42,563 nucleotides of DNA from Promethearchaeota archaeon (GCA_019057795.1 JAHLWS010000032.1:1-42563), one strand, 5' to 3'; shown: positions 1 through 9,283, numbered from the stretch's first letter. Numbers and translations: made by a program. Notes: generated by a model from the sequence alone, not told the origin.

Positions 1-132
1 ATCCGTTCAGAGCGCACTTCAAGAGATAGTATCAGATTTATTATACACGATTTAGAAAAATGGAATTTAAAATTACAAGATTTAAAACAGAAAGCCGATG
101 AATTATTAGAATGTCTATTCATGAAAAATTAA
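1..132 (+). CDS. 3' end of an unidentified gene (partial)
   Basis: Frame 1 is open from base 1 to TAA 130-132 (…HDLEKWNLKLQDLKQKADELLECLFMKN*). Frame 2, ending at TAG 53-55, is an alternative. Confidence 0.35.
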   Translation: MRSERTSRDSIRFIIHDLEKWNLKLQDLKQKADELLECLFMKN

Positions 133-468
133 GAAAAAAAAAGCCCAAAAACAGCGTTTTTAGTCTTTCTCGGAATTTTAGGGTTTATAGCGATTTATGT
201 TCCTTTTTTTGGTTCAAACCTTCAATATCAGACAGGTACAATTTTTAAGTTTATATTCAATACCATCGGCACTCTCTTTTTGGTGTTAGGAATTACAAGC
301 CTAATCATAAACATTTTGTTGATATTTTTGAAAAAAGTAAGAATAGGCGGATTCATCACAAGCGTTCTGCTCTTATGGATTGGAGCCTTCCTTACAGGTA
401 CTTCTTTTACGATTTGGGTTTTTCTTTTTGGGGGAGGTAGACCACCAATAGGATATCATTTTTTTTAA
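111..468 (+). CDS. Small 3-TM membrane protein, apparently frameshifted in an A9 run (134-142)
   Basis: The frame of ORF 280..468 is open back to 133 (KSPKTAFLVFLGILGFIAIYVPFF…). ATG 111 joins it if one A is removed from A9. Confidence 0.55.
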
Positions 469-561
469 TTTTTAAAAAATCGTAAAGTCAAATTAAAAAC
501 TCTTATAACAGTAAGCAACCAAATAATTAGAATAGAAAGCTTTATTTTTTTCTATAATTCT

Positions 562-786
562 TTACCTAAAAATCCTAAAGTACTTAAATCCCGTAGAAAA
601 TCCACAAACTCCTAAAAGAATAAAGGAGACAACAATCACTCCAATCATTCTATATCGCATTTTTGGCTTGCCCCATATAAAGAAGATAAACCCAAATATA
701 AGCCCTAATAGAGCTAAAATAGAGCCAAGCGCGATTAAAAATTCGACTCCCTCTAAAACACTTTCAAAATAATCAAACAAAACCAT
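562..786 (-). CDS. Small 2-TM membrane protein (74 aa)
   Basis: Two hydrophobic helices; backbone-type promoter about 25 nt upstream of the ATG. Confidence 0.8.
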   Translation of the reverse strand: MVLFDYFESVLEGVEFLIALGSILALLGLIFGFIFFIWGKPKMRYRMIGVIVVSFILLGVCGFSTGFKYFRIFR

Positions 787-850
787 AATGAAATTATTTT
801 GAAAACGATATTATTTAAAAGAAAAATTTAAAAATTATAAAATTGAATTG

Positions 851-1003
851 TTAGGGAAGGTCCATTAAGTAATGTGGATAATGCGGATATGGATGTCCGC
901 CTCTTCTTACTTGCTTGTTCTTTTTTTTTCTCCGTTTTTTCTTTCTTTTTAGGGCGAAAAAGAACGTACTTATCTTTAAACAAGAAAACAAATTCTTTTT
1001 TAT
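851..1003 (-). CDS. Small, very basic protein (~50 aa), absent from the ORF track
   Basis: (ATA)KKNLFSCLKISTFFFALKRKKKRRKKKNKQVRRGGHPYPHYPHYLMDLP*. SD-like GGGGAGAGGGG lies 7 nt before the ATA (TTG at 991 is an alternative start); promoter motif at 1066-1082. Confidence 0.5.
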   Translation of the reverse strand: MKKNLFSCLKISTFFFALKRKKKRRKKKNKQVRRGGHPYPHYPHYLMDLP

Positions 1004-1214
1004 TTTTTTTCCCCTCTCCCCTACTTGAAGCTAAAATTATACATCAAACCAAAAATACTTACAAAACTTAAAAAGAAAGAAAGGTTAGAATTAAAAATCC
1101 TAACCAATCTTAAAAAAAATTTAGTTAAGGTGAGTTATAATAAGAAGACTTTTCCTTTTAAAAGACACATCTTACATTAATTTCTGATTTTTTTATGTGA
1201 GGTTCTACAAATTT

Positions 1215-3608
1215 TTAAAATTTCTTTCTGATAATATGTAAACCACAGCGGGGACAATAATTTATAATTATGCCAACTTCCAATCCACATCTGGCACAGA
1301 ACTTAACTTCGGCTCTTTCCATCTTTTCAGGTCGAGTAAAAGCTCTAGTTTTTGACTTTTCTAGAATATTAGTGTAAAATTCTTGGGTCTCATCATTGTA
1401 AAACACTGAAAATTTAGTTCGGCATTTAGAACATAGTTCCATAGCTACTGTGGTCGCGCTTGCTCGAATTTGGTGCTCTGTACCGCAATTGGGACATGAA
1501 ACGAACATGTAGGTAAATTCTCTCGACCTTAAACTCTCTGAAGTTGCTTTGCGTAGCTGAGCCATATCGTGTAAGAAGTTCTCTCGATTATCGAATGAAA
1601 TATCTGGTAATAAATGTTCAAGCAATATTAACTGATCCTCAAAGTGTCCTAAAAATCCTAGTCCCATGTACATGCTTGCTGCTTGAAAATAATAATCACA
1701 GGCATTTAATAAATCCCCTCTCTTTTCGAAACAATCAGCAATATTAGAAGTATAAATTGCCCCATTATGCAACCATTCTGAAATTGTAGTTTGTGTTTCT
1801 AAATCTGCCTGTTCTCGTAGATTTACAATTCCTGATACAACCTTTCTCTGCTTTAATATTTCTTCTGAGAACACATTTATTATATATTTAGAACTATTAG
1901 GATCAACCATCCAAAACGAAAATTGTACGCTGCAATTTGGGCAGGTTTGAATAAATGCCGCTAATTCCCCCACAAATTTGATTTGAATATTATTTTGACA
2001 ATTAGGGTTCGGGCAAGGAATCTGTCCCGTTTTGAAATCTAACTCTTTCCCTTTTATTTGCTTCTGGATTAAATTCAGCGCTTCCCTGTAGTACTTCAAC
2101 GCCTCGTCAAAATCACCCCTATATTTCACAATACCTCCAATGTTGTTCAATATAATAGCTTTATTCTCTAAATCGCCTAATTGCTCGGCAATTTTTAACG
2201 CTTTATTATAATGCTTCAACGCCCCGTCCAGATCCCATTTATTTTGCAGAATAACCCCGATGTTGCTCGAAACCGGAGCTTTTAACTTCAAATCGCCTAA
2301 TTGCTCGGCAATTTCCAACGCTTCCTTGTAGTACTTTAACGCCCCGTCCAGATCTCCCCTATCCTTCAAAATACCTCCGATATTGTTCAAATCTATTGCT
2401 TTTCCCTTTAAATCATTTAATTGCTCGGCAATTTCCAACGCTTCTCTGAAGTACTTCAACGCCCCGTTCAGATCCCATCTATCTTGCAGAATAGCCCCGA
2501 TGTTGTTCAATCTGGACGCTTTTCCTTTCAAATCGCCTAATTGCTCGGCAATTTCCAACGCTTCCTTAAAATGCTTCAATGCCCCGTCCAGATCTCCCCT
2601 ATTTTGCAGAATAACCCCGATGTTGCTCAATGTGGTAGCTTTTCCCTTCAAATCGCCTATTTGCTCGTCAATTTCCAACGCTTCCTTAAAATGATTCAAC
2701 GCCCCTTCCAGATCTCCCTTATTTTGCAGAAAAAACCCGATGGCGTTCAAATATACTGCTTTATTCTTTAAATCGCCCAATTGCTCTGCAACCTCCAACG
2801 CTTCCTTGTAATACTTCAACGCCCCGTCAAAGTCTCCCCTATCATATATAAACCTCCCGATATTGCTCAAGCTGGTTGCTTTTCCCTTCAAATCGCCCAA
2901 TTGCTCGGCAATTTTTAATGCTTCCTTAAAATGCTTCAATCCCCCGTCTAGGTCTCCTCTATCTTCCAGAATAGCCCCAATATTGTTCAAATATACTTCC
3001 TTATTCTTTAAATCGCCTAATTGCTCGGAGATTTCCAACGCTTCCCTGTAGTACTTCAACGCCCCGTCCAGATCTCCCCTATTATATAATAACAAACCGA
3101 TGCTGTTCAAACTGGTTGCTTTTCCCTTCAAATCGCCTAATTGCTCGTCAATTTCCAACGCTTCCCTGTAATACTTCAACGCCCTGTCCTGATCTCCCCT
3201 CTTTGCCAGAATAGACCCGATATTGCTCAAATATACTTCCTTATTCTTTAGATCGCCCAATTGCTCGGCAATTTCCAACGCTTCCCTGTAGTACTTCAAC
3301 GCCCCGTCCAGATCTCCCCTATCTTTTAATATCGCCCCAATGTTGTTCAAATATAATGCTTTATTCTTTAAATCGCGTATTTGCTCGGAAATTTTTAACG
3401 CTTTTTTATAATGCTTCAATGCCTCGTCTAATTCTCCGATGTTTTGTAAACAATGCCCCGCCCAACTAATTTTTATTGCAGCATACCTTTTTCTGTTGTT
3501 TTTTAGATCAATTTGAGCCGCTTTTAGGTAAATCTTAGCCGCTTCACTATATTTATGTTCTTTCTCATATCCTTGAGCTTTTTCCCATAAAATGTAAGAA
3601 TCTTCCAT
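1215..3608 (-). CDS. Tetratricopeptide-repeat protein with C-terminal Zn-ribbon modules
   Basis: About 12 near-identical 40-aa TPR units (LNNIG.IL..RGDLDGALKYY.EALEI.EQLGDLK.KA), followed by several CxxC pairs. Confidence 0.92.
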   Translation of the reverse strand: MEDSYILWEKAQGYEKEHKYSEAAKIYLKAAQIDLKNNRKRYAAIKISWAGHCLQNIGELDEALKHYKKALKISEQIRDLKNKALYLNNIGAILKDRGDLDGALKYYREALEIAEQLGDLKNKEVYLSNIGSILAKRGDQDRALKYYREALEIDEQLGDLKGKATSLNSIGLLLYNRGDLDGALKYYREALEISEQLGDLKNKEVYLNNIGAILEDRGDLDGGLKHFKEALKIAEQLGDLKGKATSLSNIGRFIYDRGDFDGALKYYKEALEVAEQLGDLKNKAVYLNAIGFFLQNKGDLEGALNHFKEALEIDEQIGDLKGKATTLSNIGVILQNRGDLDGALKHFKEALEIAEQLGDLKGKASRLNNIGAILQDRWDLNGALKYFREALEIAEQLNDLKGKAIDLNNIGGILKDRGDLDGALKYYKEALEIAEQLGDLKLKAPVSSNIGVILQNKWDLDGALKHYNKALKIAEQLGDLENKAIILNNIGGIVKYRGDFDEALKYYREALNLIQKQIKGKELDFKTGQIPCPNPNCQNNIQIKFVGELAAFIQTCPNCSVQFSFWMVDPNSSKYIINVFSEEILKQRKVVSGIVNLREQADLETQTTISEWLHNGAIYTSNIADCFEKRGDLLNACDYYFQAASMYMGLGFLGHFEDQLILLEHLLPDISFDNRENFLHDMAQLRKATSESLRSREFTYMFVSCPNCGTEHQIRASATTVAMELCSKCRTKFSVFYNDETQEFYTNILEKSKTRAFTRPEKMERAEVKFCARCGLEVGIIINYCPRCGLHIIRKKF
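2050..3460. repeat. 120-bp tandem coding repeat (~12 copies)
   Basis: A gccccgtccagatctccc-like word recurs at exact 120-nt spacing: 2101, 2221, 2341 … 3421. Confidence 0.9.
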
Positions 3609-3652
3609 TTTCTTTCCCTAATGTGAGTAAGAAATTTAATTTCTAACATAAA

Positions 3653-4438
3653 TTAAAAATTAAGGTTCTTTTCAATGTTTTTCCCGCACACAATACAAAA
3701 TTTTAAATTAGAGCTTCTTGACATTTTAGAACCGCAATAAGGACAATACACAAATATAGGATCGTTAAACTCTTGTGATTGTGTGCGGTCTTTAAGAATC
3801 TTTGTCTGTATGGCGTAATCTGGAATTGTAGGAGCAGGAGGGGTTACGGAATACACCTCATATTCTACAGTTGGTTGTTCAAAATATACAGGAATTTCAA
3901 ACATCCCTCCTTTTTTATAGAAATCCCCTGGATCTCGTTTCCCATAATCAGGTGCTTGTATTTTTGTTGTAAACATGTATTTTCCATTGAGAGGTATTGA
4001 AGTAAGATCTTTATATTTTACTTGTAGTTTATCATCACCTAAAGTAGCTATTGTAATTTGAGGAATGGCAAAATTGAAAACGCCATTGCCATGGATTGGA
4101 TCGTTTAGTGTAGCCCATTGTTGGTTTATCATAAGGTCATTCATAGCGGCCTTATCTACGTTTGGAACGTGCATTTTAAGAGTTGCCACGTCTTTATCCT
4201 TTTCAATTGAGGTATCTAAATTATTCCCTATATATGCGTATTGGAGTTCTTTATCCTTTTATTCATTTATACGCTCAAATAAATTAGTAACCCAATGATT
4301 TGCCGTTCCATTATAATCGGGACTATTCACGTCAATTTGAATTTCTTGTAATTCGTTCCTTTTTTTAATTTTTTCGACAATCTTTTTTCCAACATAAGTA
4401 GCGATAGGAGATAATAACGCAACAATAAGTTCTGCCAA
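3653..4438 (-). pseudogene. Zn-ribbon-tailed protein interrupted by one in-frame TAA (4259-4261)
   Basis: The same frame is open from TTG 4438 (MAELIVALLSPIATYVGKKIV…) to the stop, then continues into ORF 3653..4189, which ends in CPYC…CIVC. Confidence 0.6.
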
Positions 4439-4642
4439 TATTTTTCGCTCTCTTTTGTTAAATAAATTATTTTTTACTATAAACTTTCTTTTCTTTTATT
4501 TAAGAATTATTCATAGTGTAAATTTATAACATCAATTAAATCATTATCCTATAAATTAAATTATCACTGAATTTTGTATCCATCCTTGATTTTTTCTTTA
4601 AATATGAAAAGAGTAAATTGAATTTAAAAATTAGTTAAGGCG

Positions 4643-4966
4643 TTAAAAATTAAAAGAATAAAAGAAATAGGCGCTTGCCCTAGTTGTGAGTGCTCTCTAA
4701 TCGTTTTTAAGACGAACAATTACAAACGGTTCGTTAAGTGCGAGGTATGTGGACTCTCGTACGCGCTACCTAAAAGAGGTAAAATAAGCAATTCGGCTCT
4801 GGAATGCCCAAAAAGCAAGTTCCCGCTACTTATAATCGAAAAACCGGACCAAAAATGTTATTTCTGGTCGGACCAACCGTGTTTTACCTGCATCGATTAC
4901 GACAGATGTCCCGTCGTTAAGGAATTAATCTCGGAGTTCAAAGAATTGGAGGTGTACGGCTATTAA
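4643..4966 (+). CDS. Stand-alone Zn-ribbon protein resembling the C-terminal C4 fingers of type IA topoisomerase; absent from the ORF track; start codon uncertain
   Basis: KIKRIKEIGACPSCECSLIVFKTNNYKRFVKCEVCGLSYALPKRGKI…CPKS…CFTC…YGY*. No ATG/GTG/TTG between the upstream stop (4625-4627) and the Cys motifs. Confidence 0.75.
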   Translation, partial: LKIKRIKEIGACPSCECSLIVFKTNNYKRFVKCEVCGLSYALPKRGKISNSALECPKSKFPLLIIEKPDQKCYFWSDQPCFTCIDYDRCPVVKELISEFKELEVYGY

Positions 4967-6008
4967 ATCGCGCAAGAAAGCGATCATCGTTGCTATATCG
5001 TTAATCTTGGGGTTAATTGTTGGAATATTGGTTACTAATTCTCGAATAAACGGCAATATGAACTTAAAAGGCGAAACCATTTCAAATTCAGGGAACCAAC
5101 CGAAAGCGAGCTCCGAGGAATTACTGTTGGACAAAGTATTTACGTTCATCGCTCCGGACGATTCGAAACGGTTCGACGACTTATACTTATACGAGAGTAT
5201 AAACTACTACGTGATAGTAGAAATTGTAACGCCCCATAATTGCGAGATTAATGTAACCGTTATTGATCCCGACTCAGATGTTTATCAAATATTCGAGACC
5301 GAAGTCAACGTCTCGCAAGACGATCAGTGGTTCGAAATACCTTTTGGGACAGCTATTTCGGGGAATTACACTTTTATATTCTCGGTTATCTCCGAATTAA
5401 ATTTAAACTTATACGTGAAAATATTTTTCGATATGGAAGACAAGTGCTTGTACGATGTTATGTCGCCAGAATTCATCGCCAATCTGAAGCTGTACCAAGT
5501 CAATAAGTTTTACAATAATACGGAAGTAGAACACAATGTTATGTTAAAAACTGATGTGTCTTACAAGTTCTTCATCGAAAGAGTATCGGCTATTGGCGGC
5601 GAACAGAATAGTCGAGAAGTCGGAGCGTATTACTATCTTACCGATCCTGATAGCGTTGAATTTACGATATACGCTAACCAGACCATGAAAAGCGTTGGAG
5701 AGGTTTTGCATTTTAATTTCGGGACTGCTGTTGGCGGAGTTTATACGATTAAGATTAAAATTAGGTGCAAGGTTGATGTGGTAAATGTAGCTTACGCTAT
5801 AGCAAAAGACTATTCGATAAATACCGTTAAAAACGGAACTGAGCCAGACCCCGAACCAGACCCTGAACCGATCAACGGAACTATTCAAGGTTATTTTTAC
5901 GTGCCGATCGAATGGACTCTCGGGTTTATCGCCAGCGCAAGACTCGTAGTTGGAGCTTTAATCGTTATAGGAAGCGTTCGCAGGAAAAAGAGCTCTGTAT
6001 CCTTATGA
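4962..6008 (+). CDS. Cell-surface protein (signal peptide, two beta-rich domains, EPDP linker, C-terminal TM)
   Basis: ORF 5007..6008 extends in frame to ATT 4962, 7 nt after GGAGGTG, giving MKSRKKAIIVAISLILGLIVG. Confidence 0.85.
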   Translation: MKSRKKAIIVAISLILGLIVGILVTNSRINGNMNLKGETISNSGNQPKASSEELLLDKVFTFIAPDDSKRFDDLYLYESINYYVIVEIVTPHNCEINVTVIDPDSDVYQIFETEVNVSQDDQWFEIPFGTAISGNYTFIFSVISELNLNLYVKIFFDMEDKCLYDVMSPEFIANLKLYQVNKFYNNTEVEHNVMLKTDVSYKFFIERVSAIGGEQNSREVGAYYYLTDPDSVEFTIYANQTMKSVGEVLHFNFGTAVGGVYTIKIKIRCKVDVVNVAYAIAKDYSINTVKNGTEPDPEPDPEPINGTIQGYFYVPIEWTLGFIASARLVVGALIVIGSVRRKKSSVSL

Positions 6009-6362
6009 GAATAAAGATTTTTTAATTACAGATAAAAACTATTATTTCTTGATTTCTTTTTTTTTATTCTCTCGTGGTTGGAAATTAAATTATCCAGACT
6101 TGTTTGAACTTATTGATAAATACACTTATACGGTTAAAAAAGAGGAGAAATAAAAGCTAAACTCCTTAATTCTTTTTTAATTACTTAGGATTAATTTTTT
6201 TTAGTTATATGAAAATATTGAAAAGAGTGGATAAATTTCCTTTAAGTCATGTGAAAAAAGGACAAAACTGTAAGATTTATATTCTTAAATTACCATTTTA
6301 AATCTGAGGTAAGACGTATTTAAGGGAAATATTATAAATTTATTAAAAAATCAGCTATAGCG

Positions 6363-6956
6363 ATGAATATAATCTCAAAATTCTTAAAAAATTGGAAAAA
6401 GAAAAAATTAATAAAAAGAAAGAAGGTTATCTTTAGACCGCCCTTTAGTTATGATCATACATTTAAAATTATACTATTGGGTGAACCTGGAGTAGAAAAA
6501 ACTGCTTTAGCACAGCGGTTTTGCTTTGACCTTTTTAATCCCTCAGAAGAGCTAACCATTGGAGTGGATTTTTATGTTAAAACCATAGAATTACAAGGAA
6601 AGAAAATTAAATTACAAATTTGGAATGTAGGGGGTGAAGAAAGATTCAAGTTCCTCATACCGACTTATTGTAATGGTGCAAATGCAGCTATGATCATATT
6701 TGATATTACGAATTCTAAATCTTTAAACCAAATATCAGAACTGACTCAAATTGTAAGAGAAAAAGCAACTAATATTCCAATTATGTTGATTGGCAGTAAA
6801 TTAGATTTAAAAGAATTTCGTGAATTAAATAGAGAAGAGGGAATTGAAATCGCTAATAAATATAACCTATTTAGTTATAGTGAAATCTCGACCAAAACGG
6901 GTCAGAATATAGAAAAATCATTTGAAACTCTAACAGAATTTCTAATAAACCAATGA
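6363..6956 (+). CDS. Rab/Ras-like small GTPase with degenerate G boxes
   Basis: FKIILLGEPGVEKT, TIGVDF, KLQIWNVGGEERF, GSKLD, EISTKTG. Confidence 0.92.
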   Translation: MNIISKFLKNWKKKKLIKRKKVIFRPPFSYDHTFKIILLGEPGVEKTALAQRFCFDLFNPSEELTIGVDFYVKTIELQGKKIKLQIWNVGGEERFKFLIPTYCNGANAAMIIFDITNSKSLNQISELTQIVREKATNIPIMLIGSKLDLKEFRELNREEGIEIANKYNLFSYSEISTKTGQNIEKSFETLTEFLINQ

Positions 6957-7047
6957 ATATATTATTGGAATCGACCTGAAGGAAAAATAAAGAATTTATT
7001 AACAAGAAAAAAAATTCATAGAATAAAAAAATAATAATTATTAATTT

Positions 7048-8314
7048 TTAAGCGCTCAACAGGGCTTTCGCGACGGTTTGCCATTCAACAACTTTCTTAG
7101 ACGATACTCCGCTAATTTTAGAAGCAACAATCTCGGGGTCTGAATTTATTAAGTCTTCGACCGAATTTATTCCGCTTTTCACTAAGTTTCTCGCGGTACC
7201 ATCTCCGATTCCTTTAACATCTATCAGCGAGAGATCTCCATTGATATTACCGGAACCTTCGCTCTCTTCGGCGTTACTTTCTTCTTCGTACAATGTTTCG
7301 ACTTCGAAATCTAAGCCTTGAGCTTCGGGAACTTCTCCCTTTTCTGTGTCGGCAATTCCTACACTCGTTATGTAAAACTCTGCTTCTTCAGGTGGCAAGT
7401 CAGGCGCATCCACTATTATTGCTCTGCGTTTCAGCGAACTGTTCGACGAGAATCCCTTTGTTTTAAACATAACTCGGAAGTGGCAGCCATGGGCTACGAT
7501 TTAGAAGTGATTGATGAAATATCTTGTCACTATTTCCGCCTATAGCGTCGTTTCCTGAGAACATTCCCATCATTTTAGTTGAAACTTGATTGGTTAAAAG
7601 AATGGCGCAATTGTAAGTCTCCGAGATTCGAGAAAGGGCGTGTATCATGTTATTTAAAAATCCTTGCCGGCGAGCTAACATGCCAATACCCACATATTCG
7701 GCCCGTAATAGCGCCATCAAACTGTCTACTACAATTAGACGCACATTTCGAGTTTTGCATAAAGTTTCTGCTTTTTGAATCATTTGCGATTGGTGGTCCG
7801 ATGAATAAATTCTGGCGTGATAAATCTGGGATAAAACCTTTTTAGGATCGAGGCCAAACCTTCTAGCGATGCGTTTGATTTTTTCTTTAGCAAAAGTGTT
7901 TTCGGTGTCGATGTAAGCTACTGCCGAACCGAGTCCTCCCTTACTCTTAGGAAGTTGAATGGTCACTGCTATCGTGTGAGCTAAATTGGTTTTACCGGAC
8001 TTAAAGGGGCCGTATACTTCGGTGAGTTTGCCGGTTTGGAATCCGCCGCCTAAAATTCGGTTCAGCTCGGAAGAGCCAGTGGTAATGTACTCGGTGTTCT
8101 CGTCGATCTCCTCGGCAGTTATGAACTCGGTCATACCTAACGCGGTTCGCGCGTTCCAAATCAGTTTTTTGGCGGTTTTATCTCCTAGACCATCGATCTC
8201 CGATATGATGTTATGTGGGGACATTGCTAAAGCTTCCGCCGTGCTAATACCGCTCTCTTGCAAGAGCTTTATCTGCCGAGCGTTGATCCCTTTTACTTGG
8301 TCTAAATCTGACGT
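7048..8314 (-). CDS. radA: RadA/Rad51-family recombinase paralogue; two exons (8314-7532, 7500-7048), ~411 aa, with an extra C-terminal HhH domain
   Basis: N-terminal HhH, TTGSSELNRILGGG, Walker A GPFKSGKT, YIDTENTF, Walker B LIVVDS, TNQV. Joining the exons gives IGGNIVAHGCHFRV…VDAPDLPPEEAEFYITSVGI. Proposed start is ACG 8314, 8 nt after GGAGTTGAT. Confidence 0.92.
7501..7531 (-). other. Candidate 31-nt bulge-helix-bulge mRNA intron in radA
   Basis: mRNA GGC-GGAA-AU^A-GUGA-(16 nt)-UCAC-UUCU-AA^A-UCGUAGC. Cutting after the second nucleotide of each 3-nt bulge removes exactly the insertion that breaks the frame. Confidence 0.85.
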
Positions 8315-8489
8315 TTTTTTGTATCAACTCCATATTGTAATTTGAATTAAACCAGTATACAATCGATTCTATATAAAGAAAAAAAATTTTTCCACCATAT
8401 TATGTTTATAGACATCTTTTTATATCACCTTAGAGTCTTAATATATAAATAATTATAAACAAAATTTTAAAAAACGGATGTCATGAATA

Positions 8490-8984
8490 ATGTCAAGTAA
8501 AAAAGCTGGCGTGATTAGTATCATTGCTTTAATCTTAGGAGCATCAGGATTAGGATACGCACTCTTCTTAGGATTTTCACCACAATCAATTATATACACA
8601 AAATCGGGGGTGCAAAAATCGTGGTTTATTTCTGAAAGTGATGAAAAAACTACTAGTTTGTCGCAAAATGTAAAGATGGAAAACATGAGTTTAACTGTTC
8701 AGGTAAGTGCTGGCGAATCATTATATGGAATTTTTATAGGTTCTATTCGCATTCATTCCTCTACTGTCTATGGATTAATTGCATTCTATATTGATGATAT
8801 TAAAGAAAAAGAGTTGTTATTCAATAACATTAATTTTGACCGTATGAGCATGCAAATTCTTGTTGGAAATTTAACTCAAGGAACTCATATTATAGAAATC
8901 AGGTGGTCCGTAATAACTATAAATCCAAGTCCAAGAGTTTACTGTTACGCTCCTTCTCTCCTTATCCAAACCCTAATAGAATGA
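8490..8984 (+). CDS. N-terminally anchored beta-rich hypothetical protein
   Basis: N-terminal TM/signal (GVISIIALILGASGLGYALFLGF); CpG-poor cargo composition. Confidence 0.8.
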   Translation: MSSKKAGVISIIALILGASGLGYALFLGFSPQSIIYTKSGVQKSWFISESDEKTTSLSQNVKMENMSLTVQVSAGESLYGIFIGSIRIHSSTVYGLIAFYIDDIKEKELLFNNINFDRMSMQILVGNLTQGTHIIEIRWSVITINPSPRVYCYAPSLLIQTLIE

Positions 8985-9160
8985 ATAATATAGCATTTTT
9001 TTTTATTTTATTTTTAGATTTCAACAATAATAGTTCAATTTAGAACAAAGCAATTGAATTAACTAAGGAAAAAATTACGTGTGTTCATAAAAAATGGGAT
9101 TAAAAATTCTAACTCTTTAAACGAAATTTAAATTGGAAAATAAAAATAGTGTTAGGCTCT

Positions 9161-9283
9161 TTATAATTTCCCATGTTGTTTAATATCTTTACAAACTTCT
9201 ACTAAATGTTCAAATAGAACTTCTCTGGTCCATTTAGATAATTCTATGTCTATTTTTTTGAGTTTTTCTGCTAACTTTCTCAT
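9161..9283 (-). CDS. 40-aa small ORF, possibly ribbon-helix-helix-like
   Basis: MRKLAEKLKKIDIELSKWTREVLFEHLVEVCKDIKQHGKL*; TATA-like TTTTTTATAT about 35 nt upstream. Confidence 0.35.
   Translation of the reverse strand: MRKLAEKLKKIDIELSKWTREVLFEHLVEVCKDIKQHGKL

Noticed and set aside
125-179. BHB-like fold (AGAA/UUCU helix, AAA and CGG bulges) as an intron explaining the frameshift in gene 111-468
   Set aside because: Canonical cuts give …AGA AAA|GAA UUU UAG, an immediate stop, and the inner helix is poor.
2050-3460. CRISPR array or DGR template
   Set aside because: The repeats are in-frame coding TPR units without unique spacers; no cas or reverse transcriptase gene is seen.
4604-4655. All-AU BHB-like fold that might join ATG 4604 or TTG 4618 to the Zn-ribbon ORF
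   Set aside because: Canonical cuts leave UGA in exon 1 or the wrong frame, there is no outer helix, and these codons lie upstream of the likely TSS.
7048-8263. radA as a pseudogene, two separate genes, or an intein host
   Set aside because: The lesion is a clean 31-nt insert with BHB geometry and both halves are intact. It is too short and out of frame for an intein, and shows no target-site duplication.
8314-8333. radA start at ATG 8333 with a +1 frameshift in A7
   Set aside because: Not excluded, but disfavoured: the bases after that ATG form a near-perfect SD (GGAGTTGAT) correctly spaced to an in-frame ACG, which needs no error.
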